Positions 40,501 through 52,500 of a DNA stretch of 64,000 nucleotides are shown here, piece by piece; positions within the stretch are counted from its first letter, which is position 1, and the number at the start of each line of letters is the position of its first letter. Below the pieces are notes generated by a model that searched no databases, was not told the origin of the DNA, and saw only the letters and a list, made by a program, of their open reading frames with translations. A program made the position numbers and the translations under genes. Source of the stretch: Tubulanus polymorphus (lineage: Eukaryota > Animalia > Nemertea); NCBI RefSeq assembly GCF_964204645.1, contig NC_134034.1, forward strand, positions 13,095,062 through 13,159,061. Reading direction: 5' to 3'.

Positions 40501-43500
40501 GTGGAATTTGGTCCATGATTGTCATGATACGCCCGATTTCCAAAAATCAAAATCCGTCTCCATCGCTCTTATCCAGTTTATCGATACGGTTTGCCGATGT
40601 ATTGTAATTATAATATTGTTTATCGTAGGATCGATTCGCTGAAGGGGTGGGGGCAAATACGAAATTATTTGCCGAAGGAAATTAACTGATATGCAATGTA
40701 AATCGAAACGGCGTGGATCTATTAAGGTTCGCGACGGGGTGAACAAACACGCGTCGTCTGCTCTATTACATAACCGTTTGTAAACGTAAACCGCCCTCCT
40801 CCCGCCCATTTACAGCGATCTCTCAATGAGCGCCGAAATATTTCACCGCGACATTAGAAAATAACTATTCGGTAAAATTATGATTAGTTACCGTCGTTAT
40901 TCTCAATCGTTTCAACGAATCGGTCATTATAACGATTTGTTCCCGATTGGCGACCTTCTCATTCTCTCCAAGACTTCACATATTCGGTAAGATTAGTTTT
41001 AGCGCGGAATACCTGAGGCGAACTTCTCGTTCTCGATCGTTTCCATGATTCGGTGAAGTTATGAATAATTTTTAATCGACCAAGACCTTCACCTTTGTTC
41101 TCGATAACCTCGACGATTCGATATCTATATAGCTATCGATCTCCTTTGCCGTTCGAGGAGGCCACTTATTGCAAGTGACGATCCGCTAGGTGTCACTAGT
41201 GTTCAGTAGGACATCAACTAGGCCTATTGTGTAATTTCATAATGCATGACCTCCTTAAACTATGATTTAAGTTCGGAGAAATAAAGTTACATGTTATCTT
41301 ATCAACTGTTGTTGTGGCAATGTAGAGGATTCGACTTGTAACAAGTGAGGATTCACCAGGTGTCGCTAGTGCGCAGTAGGTCATCAACTACTGGGGCCAG
41401 TTGCTAACTATTTGGTTAATTCAACCCGATAGACACGGCGACAATTCAAAGTTTGATATTACTATTCACCCGCCGGTTATCTTTAACCAACTTTTCAGCT
41501 ACTGATCCCAGGATGGCAATCGAGGCAACCCGCTTGTGGCAAGCGAGGATCCGTTACACGGCAACGATGCGCAAATTTCTCCAGGAAATCCGATAAGACG
41601 AATTGATATCATTGCGACGAGTTTTAAAGCGATATTTCGACGATTCGATGATATTCGATACGCTCTCGGCTCCACGGTATTCCGTCGGTCGTCCGGGTAG
41701 AAGAGACACGCGAGAGATGCACCGAGTCTCGTCTGCGGCGTGGTGTTCATTTAGCCGGAATAATATATCTTACCGTTATTAATCATCACTGTATCATTAA
41801 TTACTAGTTGCACGCTTTAATAAGCTTATATATACCTGCAACTTCAGCCGATCGGTATATTATGGCGTGTGTATATACACTAGTTACGTATTTAGAGTTT
41901 AGTGGCGGTATTTTCTCTCTCCCTGATTAGCACCGCGAAACGTTGGCCTTGCGCAATCAGCGAATCGTCGAATGTATCGAATCGAATCAGTTACGTTCGA
42001 ATTTGCCGTGACCAGGTCGTCTAATTTACTTCTAATCCAGAGTTCAACAGTAGTGTGGGTTTAATTTGACCCTGAACCGGCAGTTCCACAGTTTTGAGGG
42101 ATTGCTTTGACTCTGAGTCCAGTTCCACAGTTGTGTGGGTTTAATTTGACCCTGAACCGGCAGTTCCACAGTTGTGAGGGATTGCTTTGACTCTGAGTCC
42201 AGTTCCACAGTTGTGTGGGTTTAATTTGACCCTGAACCGGCAGTTCCACAGTTGTGAGGGATTGCTTTGACTCTGAGTCCAGTTCCACAGTTGTGTATGG
42301 ATTTAATTTGACCCTGGCTACAGGTCCCCAGTTTCCCAGTTCTTTCCATAGTTCTTGGTTAGGATTGAGACTTTATTCGTTTTCAATTTTAAACTCTTGG
42401 GCCAAATTTACACCTATAACCGTCGTCCTGGGTTCCGATTACTCACGTTACCTGCGGATCATTTTCCACAAAACTGCAGGAGTATTCCATTTGGTTTTCT
42501 ATCTTTCTCATTTTCAATCATTCCCAATGAAATCAGTGCAACATTATTGATAGCAAGTTTGTGCTGTAAAGTGCCAATTAGCGAACTCTTTCGCCAATGC
42601 TACAGTATTCAAACTTACCTCGGAAAAACTTCTCGCTTAGAAATCAGGTCGGGCGCATGTACCATCGATCAACCAGTGAATAAATCCATTTCGGTGTCGA
42701 TTCTAAAATCTGTCGTTTTTGCCTCGCTTTTTAAAAATGTCTATAAACCGATCCCGTTTTGAACGGCAACAGATAAAAAAGAAAACTCAATTTTCCATAA
42801 ATCCGATTATTTGAAATGAAGCGTTTGAACCGGCGCGACAATGCCAGTTCGATCGCGCCTATGTATATTATGTTTTCGATGGTAAGCTGTTGTCGTATTT
42901 CGAGTTGTTTGTCGCTGATTTCATCAATTTCACAATAGCTTAATCCGTTGTCGTTTCGGCGACATTCGATTGAAAGCACCGGTTTCGATTGTGCTGCTGC
43001 TGCTGCTGCTGCTGCTGCCGCTGCTGCTGCTGCTGCGTGTGACTCAGTGATGGACTCGTCTGTCACTAGCGCGCTGTTTACAGTCTGTTCCGCGTCGCGA
43101 TTATTCAGCGGAATCGCACGAACAGGTGCCGCGCCATCATCGTTACATCAAATTCTCAGTTGGCGATATTTGAATACGAATAGTCTTTTAGGTTATTATT
43201 GAAAGTACGCGCACGAGTATTTTCAACTTCATATATCTGATATCTAAAAATACTTGACAAATTTCGGTTTCCTCCTGCCATCCTTAGCTGCCTGAGGTCC
43301 ACTAAAATTCGGTAACCTAAATAAGGACATCGAAAATTATTTCTATAGTTTAATTATTATTAAGTTTATAAATCTTTTTTTTCAATGGGCAACACATCCC
43401 CTCCCCCCCCCCCCTATTAAGCACAGCCTCTACGGCTCGGATTCGTCAAGTTGTGAAATCGTATCTAAACAATAAGTAAATAAATCATCATTGAATTGCT

Positions 43501-46500
43501 ACCACAAAAAATACAGATTTTAACCGAAATAAGAAGGACCCAGCGTTTCACCTTGCCTCATGACGATATGTACGGAATGAACACCAGTGTGATTGTTGCT
43601 TGATGTATAAATAGAAGTTCAATGTGAGTGATATTGTAGATGCGAAATGATCTACCATCGGTGATATCGTGTATCACAGTACACGTTCATCTGTAAATGA
43701 AAGGTGAAAAGTGCACTTACGATTCTTAACTTCCTCAGTTTGATTGGAATTTGATGACATCCATGAGACTCTGTCACAGTACAAACCCCTGTCCTAGTAG
43801 ACACATCCTCCCTCACAGGGATTTGAACCTGATGACATCACGAGACTCTGTCACAGTACAAACCCCTGTCCTAGTAGACACATCCTCCCTCACAGAGATT
43901 TAAACCCTGATGACATCATGAGACTCTGTCACAGTACAAACCCCTGTCCTAGAAGACACATCCTCCCTCACAGGGATTTGAACCTGATGACATCGTGAGA
44001 CTCTGTCACAGTACAAACCCCTGTCCTAGTAGACACATCCTCCCTCACAGGGATTTGAACCTGATGACATCATGAGACTCTGTCACAGTACAAACCCCTG
44101 TCCTAGTAGACACATCCTCCCTCACAGAGATTTGAACCCTGATGACATCATGAGACTCTGTCACAGTACAAACCCCTGTCCTAGTAGACACATCCTCCCT
44201 CACAGGGATTTGAACCTGATGGCATCATGAGACTCTGTCACAGTACAAACCCCTGTCCTAGTAGACACATCCTCCCTCACAAGGATTTGAACCTACGGTT
44301 TCATGGGACTCGTACTACAAACCTCCGCTTCCTCCAGCTCAGCTTGAAGCTACCAAATCCGTTAAAAGAAAACTAAAGCGTTTATCGTGTTATTATCGGC
44401 GCTGCCCTCGGGCTCCTGTTCGAGATAATTCACTTCGCGTCCGGTACAGCGACGACACCAGCTCTGTATATACATCGTCTCAACACAATTCCACTTCACC
44501 CAACACGGTGCTTAATACACGACAAACTGTTTATCTCCACTCGCACGAGATAAAGCCTCCCTGAGAAAAATCCGTTTTAAAATACCCGCTGTAATAAACA
44601 TAATTTCATATCACTCTGTTCGCCATTTTGGAGGCTGTGGTCGTCACCACGCTGCATCCTGTCTGACAGCCAGTTCTAAAGCCTTATCTTTCTATTTGCC
44701 CGTATAACTATTGCTTGTGGAAGTAGATATCACAATATTTAGAATTCGATCCTGAGAATTCCACAGCTTCGGCTTTTAAATGGAATGGAATGGAATGGAA
44801 CGGAACGGAACGGAACGGAACGGAATATAATAGAATAGAGTAGAATGGTTTATTTCGCTCAAACCAAACAATTTACGAAGCTTAAAAACAAGAAAACAGA
44901 AATACACATATAATAGCATAATGATAGAGATAACAGATATGTATACATGAAATTTACTTAAATAGCTAGAGACCGGCATTTACAAATCTAGCGAGTTTAA
45001 TTAGGATATTGTTATCTACAGTAATTGTGACATCTTAAAAGTGTCAGGTCTACTTACGTAACAATGACGTCGTACAACTGCGCCCTCTTGTGTTCAGTAA
45101 CACAGTCACAACGCTCCTGTTTATCATATTTCGAAGAAAATTACGTCGTGTAAATAACTGCAGATGTTGTTGAATGACGTCACTGAAGTGGATTCGTCCG
45201 AAATGCCATGAAGATCATCAATTATTCACCGTTAAAATGCGCGACGATTTTCACTTGAAAATTCACTGCATCGCGGATTATGGTTTATCACGTCGTTTAT
45301 GACGTCATCGAAAAAGACGTTTCAAAACGCCGTTTAATTACGTATTACGTTAAATCATCGGCGCCTCGCGATGATCCAACGTGTTGTAATTCTCCGAACA
45401 GAATAAAAGAGATTCTAAGATCGTTTTTAAGTCATCACTCTTCGGTCTTGAACTTTTCTCATTATTGAATCAATTTTCGGTGAAATCAATTCTATACCCT
45501 GAGTGAAAAAAATGTGAAAGTTCTTATATCCTATGAATCGTTTGATGGTTTTCACATTTGGAAGCCCAAAACATCAGAGTTCAAATTTCATCGAAAATGA
45601 ACTGATTCTCACTGCGAATAAGGATTAGGATTAGGATAAGGATTAGGATTATGATTAGGATTAGGATTTCATTCACTCTCCTCCAACCATTTCTATGGAG
45701 GGAGACTTATACAAAGTATACAATATTTACAATTAACAGAAAGTATAAACTTTGATAAAATATAACAAAGTTATTAACAATATATACATACACTGAATAA
45801 TAAGCTGTTTTGTTGCGCCATCTGGTGACGGCCAGAATCTCACTGTCGATTCAAAACCAATCATAGCGTGAATGATGCATTTCACAAAAAAAATCTCACT
45901 CGGCATTTGATCGTGTTTCTCTATCAATTAAATCAACATAAAAATAGCACTTGATTTGGTTTTGGTGAAACTGGGCGGCGCTGACTGGTTCCCATCCCTC
46001 GGCGGCCGTGTGAATATTGCATGTTTTGATACGTGCGCGTCGTTGCGGTTCGAGCCCCGATTTTTCCAATGCGATGAAATGCGATGTTTATATTAATTGT
46101 CACGTCTCTGTTAATCAGGATCTCGTCCTCGCTGCTGTGATTAATCGCGATGTAATTAAATTGATTCTCATCATTCGATTAATAACTGAACGATGACATT
46201 CGCTTTATTTATCCGAAATAAAAGCGCGCTACCTCGCATCAGCAGCGGCGGCAGCGGCAGTAGCAGCAGCAGCGAATCGGGGATCATTTCTGAACGAACA
46301 AAAATAACCGGCTCATAGAATCGGAAAAAATCGAAACGGTAGATTCGTAGCCTCTACGGGTCCCTTTTCCTAGGTATTTGTCCTATGACCCAGTTCCCAC
46401 AGTTGTGTGGGTTTTTAATTTGACTGGACCCGGTTCCACAGTTTAATGTGATCAATCTTACTCTGGATCCAGTTCCACAGTTGTGTGCGGGTTTAATTCG

Positions 46501-49500
46501 ACTCTGGACCCAGTTCCACAGTTGTGCGGGTTTAATTCGACTCTGGACCCAGTTCCACAGTTGTTTGGATTTGACTGTCAACCCGCAGTAGTATGTGATG
46601 TGCGCACCTAGCTGGCTCGACGGAGCAGGTCTATTTCAGCTGGCCGGTTTACTGACAAACCGCGGTACCGGTAACTATAAGGATTTTTACCTCTCACTCG
46701 CTGTCAGTGAGATTCTGAATTATCTAAAGATTTAATCTGAATGCTCGAGCATGTTCGGCGCAGTGTTTAAACATGTCGTTGAATATTCGCTTGTCTGATT
46801 GTGTCCGTTTGTTACGAGAGTTCTCCAAGTAACTGTCAATCTTCACTATTGCTAGTATCGACGAAAGCGGTACCAACTAATAGACCTCGTGCGGGCATCG
46901 CGAGACTCTGTCACAGTACAAACCCCTGTCCTAGTAGACACATCCTCCCTCACAGGGATTTGAACCTGATGACATCATGAGACTCTGTCACAGTACAAAC
47001 CCCTGTCCTAGTAGACACATCCTCCCTCACAGGGATTTGAACCTGATGACATCGCGAGACTCTGTTACAGTACAAACCCCTGTCCTAGTAGACACATCCT
47101 CCCTCACAGGGATTTGAACCTGATGACATCATGAGACTCTGTCACAGTACAAACCCCTGTTCTAGTAGACACATCCTCCCTCACAGGGATTTGAACCTGA
47201 TGACATCATGAGACTCTGTCACAGTACATACCCCTGTCCTAGTAGACACATCCTCCCTCACAGGGATTTGAACCTGATGACATCACGAGACTCTGTCACA
47301 GTACAAACCCCTGTCCTAGTAGACACATCCTCCCTCACAGGGATTTGAACCTGATGACATCATGAGACTCTGTCACAGTACAAACCCCTGTCCTAGTAGA
47401 CACATCCTCCCTCACAGGGATTTGAACCTGATGACATCGTGAGACTCTGTCACAGTACAAACCCCTATCCTCCCTCACAGGGGGGATCTGCTGTGCGTTC
47501 GGTTATTAGCTCCGGCCACAAGTCGAGACTTACAACGAAAACCGAAGTTCACCCGGGGTGAATTTTTTGAAATACACATCGAGTTCCTTCCTTGGCACAC
47601 TATTCAATATTCAGCAAACGATCTACGACGCGTTACATTAGACCTGCGCCGGTGTGCGCGCCATTTTCACGACATTCTATCTTGATGATAATAGATGACG
47701 GTCCTTAGTAGAGTTATCCGTCAACAGTAATCGACGACGCTTGTGAACTCACATGCCCCGAGTCGCCTCAATCAAAATTAGTGTTTCAGTCCATTACCGT
47801 GTGCAAAAAACCGCTTCGTTATGGCCGAGAAAGAGTGATCGGGCTATCCTTCCATCTGAATACATTCTACTGTGGCAATTGAGGATCCGCTAGGTGGCGC
47901 TTGTTTGAAGTAAGTCTTCGTGTTTGTTTTTGTACGATTGGATATAATATTGTTTATTCCTCCGTACACGCGTGGAAGGTGCAATATCGGGGTATTCGCG
48001 TGCCGAGTCCGTTTTCCGTATGCCACGATCTTCGCGCGATCTTCCGAAGTGAACTTTGAAGACTAATCGAGTAACAAGCCTTGATAGTCGATCGTAAGAA
48101 CGTGACACGAGCGAGGAAGAGAGACGGGGGAGAGTGGGAGAGAAGAAGGATGTTTTCGATTAAGATTTCTAATTACTGCATCGCGCGGTTTCGCCAGAAT
48201 TACTGTCATCACTCACTGATTGTGAAGGTGTTTACTTCGATGAGAGCGGTATCGATTGAACCGCCTGATTGATCGTTGTCGGCCATTTCTCTAAATCGGG
48301 ATTTTATTCGATACGCCTAGCGCGTGCGTGCTCGCTTACCAGAGTCAGCGCCAGAGTCGATCACGGCCTACTGTCCCAGCATTGGGCGAGCATTCGATTT
48401 AAAAAAAAGTTGATCCATCGAATCGTTTGTCCCGCCAATCGACAGAATGCCAGTTTAGCTAGGGGTTCGAGAGCGACCGGTGTTTCATATATAAGTTATT
48501 CAGCATTCGATTTACCCCAGAAGACAAACTAGCGCCACCTAGTGGATTTTCAATTGCAACAGTTTTGTTTCCATTATTCGTTTCCTTTCATTATATACCA
48601 TTTTCAATAATGATGGCCAGCATATTATTAAGACCGACCGCTCACCAGCGCTACCTACCGGATCGACGATTGCCACCGATGCAGCATTCGCGCTAACCAA
48701 CGGCACGAGAATCGATACGCGATGCGTGGCAGGTGATCGAATGCGTAGAAATGAACGTGAGCTGCGCGTGATCGGTCTAATCACAAAAATACACCATCCC
48801 TACAAAAATAATTTCCCTAGGCGGGAAATTATCATTTGCCTGAACGGATGATTGCATTCATGTTAGCAAGGAAGAAAAAAGGTCGCGCCGGAGACTAAAA
48901 GCCCCGTCCAAGGCAGCTGTTTGACATTTAAAAAAAAAAATCGAGTATTCAACGCCTCGTACGTATAACCGTATATCGGAAGACTAATGTCGAATGACTT
49001 CACGCGGTTTACGATGAGACTGATATCGTACGCGATCGGACTGCTTGAAAGTCATAACCTCCTTGTCGTCAATGTCGAAATGATGCGCGCCTCTACCGGG
49101 ACTTCGAGGAATCGAAATTTTGACCTGGGCCCAGTTTCACAAAAAGGATTAAGGCCCAAATCGATTTCAGATAAATGGAATTAATGATGAAATCGAATCG
49201 ATTTATGAGTTAAACTCTGGCCCTGGCACTAAATTTTCTTCTCTAACTCGAGTCACACGGAAACACGGAAACCCGAAGACGGAATGTTTCCGATCAGCGT
49301 TTCCCGGTGTCGTGTGCGTTTAACCGAGAAACAAGAAACACGGTTTCGGGAAACAACTTTCTCCGCGTGTTTCCCTGCGCTTCGTTTGCGTTGGGCTTCG
49401 ATATGGTAGAGTAACTTTTAGAGAATATTGTCTCTCCTGTAACTGGTGACTTATCAGGGTTGGATCTAGCCTGAGTGCTGGTGTGCCACCGGGCACCTAA

Positions 49501-52500
49501 ATGTCATAGATAATTTTGAATTCGTAGCGCTCTGAGATGTATTCTGAGAAGACATTTCGGGCTTCAAATCTATTCTTCCTTACATCTGCAAAATATGGCA
49601 TTTTTACCTGTTGAATAGAATGTTATCAATAAGTTACCATTTTCGATTATTCAAATCGACCGTTTTGATTATTTCTACCAGAACTTGAACAAAAAAATAG
49701 AACGGGCGCTTCTTCAAAGTAAGGTGAATAGCGCGACCCAAGCAGTATTTCAGCGCCAGATTGGATTATATTGAAATATAAGGATATAGCGTTCGCCTGG
49801 CCCCGGTAGGTTTATCATCACTGCCGCGTTAGCAGCAGATACCATAGCAACTATATCAAGCCTTCATATCGACATAAGTCAAACGAAAGTGAAAGAAAAA
49901 ATCAATACGGAAAATCGATATAAAACGCGTGTATTTTCGATTCTATTTTAGACGGGTGACTGTTATTGCGTTTCGAATAAAATTCGTCTCTCTCTCTCTC
50001 TATCTTTCTCTCCCGTTTTACAGCTGTACCTACGTCAGTCGTTATAGGAATAATCGATTTCTTTTAAAATGAAATACCGTATAATGACGAGCTTTGTCTT
50101 GTGCGCAATAGAATTCGTAGTCGCTTGAAGATCTATTATTGTACAGTAGAGTAGAAACAGCGACTAAAAAAAAGTTCGCTAAATCGTGATTACGCAGAGA
50201 CGGTTTGTGACCCGGGTCATCCTCGCTTGCCAGAGTTTGATTGCCTCCCGTCGAAGCTCACGCGAACACAAACCCTGACCACAAACCCTTTATTGGTCTA
50301 TTACACTGTTCGCGATTTCTTGGGCGGACAGGTCTCCGCTCATCGGCCACCAGTCTATATTTTTAGCCAAACAGATGCGATTAGACTGATAGCGCGAATC
50401 TGCCGGTGAAAAACAACGCATCTGATTGGCTTAATACATAGACTGGTGGCCGCCGAGCGGCGACCAATCCGCCCGAGAAAGAATGAAGGATTTTTCAATC
50501 GAATTTATCGATCAATATGTGGGGATTCACATTACATAATTCGCAGACGGAAAATAGAAATTAGTACCGAGCGGAACAAAAATGGGGGTTGGGTTGTTCC
50601 GCTCGCAGACGTGTTATTTTCGAGCGATGACGTAAGTGTTTTTTTTTTGGGAAGAGACGCTGTGGATTGCGTGTGTGTGAAGCACGCTATTTGATAATTA
50701 GACCCGTCGCATCGGCAGCTGAAATACCTTGATGTACAGCACTTTCATACACCGTCGGAATTACCTACCCTCTCCTGGTAAACAGGTGTGCGTCGTCACA
50801 TTTAGAAAGAAACTCACCATCGACTATTTTTTCTTCGAAAAGTTCGATGTTGACAACCCGGCAACGAAGTATTGATAATTGGGTAATGCAGTAAGTATAG
50901 GAGAGTAGTGCATTTGTTTAATTGCACCTGGAAACTTGGCGAAATCAGTTCGAGTTTTTAACGATAGGAGAATACGTTAGAAAAATCGCTTTGTCCAACT
51001 GTTACGCACTACCATTAGCAATTCATTGGTCTACTGGTTAGCACGCTTGCATTCTACGCGCGAGACCCGGGTTCGAGTCCTGGTGGGCGCACGATTTTTC
51101 ACTGTCACTTCAATCTTAATCGCGATGAAAAAAAAAATTCGTAGACGCAGCCAGCTATAGACGAGTAGCATTGTATAAGCTTTTACTATTTTATTTGACG
51201 CACGGGCTTTTGCTACTAATGTAAAGAGAAGCTTCATCATTCACTCCTGATGAAGCTCCTGTTAGTATCAAAAGCTCGTGCGTCGAATGAAATAGTTATC
51301 GTATTTAGTACTATACAAATAGTCTATAGTTAACATTAGTGAACTACTCTTAATTCTCTCAATTGGCGCACGAGCTAGTTCACGGCGGCCACGTCCGAGT
51401 AAGGCTTACTGTATTTTCAAACTCGGAGGGAATATTTGATAACTTGTAGATATATACTTGGTGTTTGTTTTCGGGCCGATGGGAAATCTGCTCAACGACC
51501 CGGTAATTGGCGTAGGCGTGTCACACGCTGGCGCAACAGACACGTACGGACCATTGATCAATTAACTGTTTCTTCTACGGGGTTCATCTTTGTTATCAGT
51601 CACAATTCATCAGAATTTCCTCTGCTGCTTCTGATGTTGCTGCTGGTGCTGCTGCTGGTGGTGCTGTGGGTGGTGGTGGTGGCGGCGCTGCTGCTGCTGC
51701 TGCTGTTGCTGCTGCTGTTGATCTTGTTGCAAAACTAGAATCGCCAAACAAAATTCAGAAATATCATTTGTGTTTGAGAGGCGAGAGTTTATTTTGCAAA
51801 AATCAAATCGATACAAACTCTGGTCATGTTTTTTGTGCGCATTTCTAACTTCCTAATTGAAAATAAATTCACTTTTTAAATGCGATTTTGTACACTAAGT
51901 CACTACTAGCGAACCTGTTAAAAAGCGTCGATTGCTTCATGCGTATGACATCATGACATATAAACTATAGACGAATAAGGCTAAAAAAAAATTGATACCT
52001 TGTTTCTCCGCTCTGCTGAGCTTAAATGTTGACCCGGCCGGCCGCCTATCTACCCTATACATTACATTTTTCAAAATCGTGATCAATTTTACCATAACAG
52101 ACCCGGCCGCTATAGAAATGAACTGTTTATAAATTTTATCATATTTTACAAAAATGACCCGGCCGCTGCGGAGAAACAAGGTATCATTTTTGTTTAGCCT
52201 AAAATATATAATCAAATTTGTAAATAAACAGATAAATAAATATTTACCTTTTTTGTGTAAGAATATATGTAAAAATACTGTAGAACTGTATACATAAACA
52301 TATTCATATTTCCGTCGAAGAATAAAACTAGTATTTCTAGTTTGCTAGGGTTTAAACCCGGGCAGGGATTCACCCCCAAATCAAAGGGCACATCGACAGA
52401 AAGCATTAACTCGACATGTTTGAAAATACGTAAAACAAGTCGGAAAGTGGAAAATATCGAACTGAAACCTAAAAAAAAGGTTTAAATTCATAAGCTTGTT

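Noticed and set aside
45620-45668. Telomere-like (TTAGGA)n, and CCCTAA copies near 53430
   Set aside because: Too short and degenerate; ordinary simple repeats.
51436-51848. Poly-Gln/His or poly-Leu ORFs over the CTG tract, and poly-Ala ORFs at 42731-43202
   Set aside because: No convincing splice context or homology; the coding appearance comes from trinucleotide repeats.
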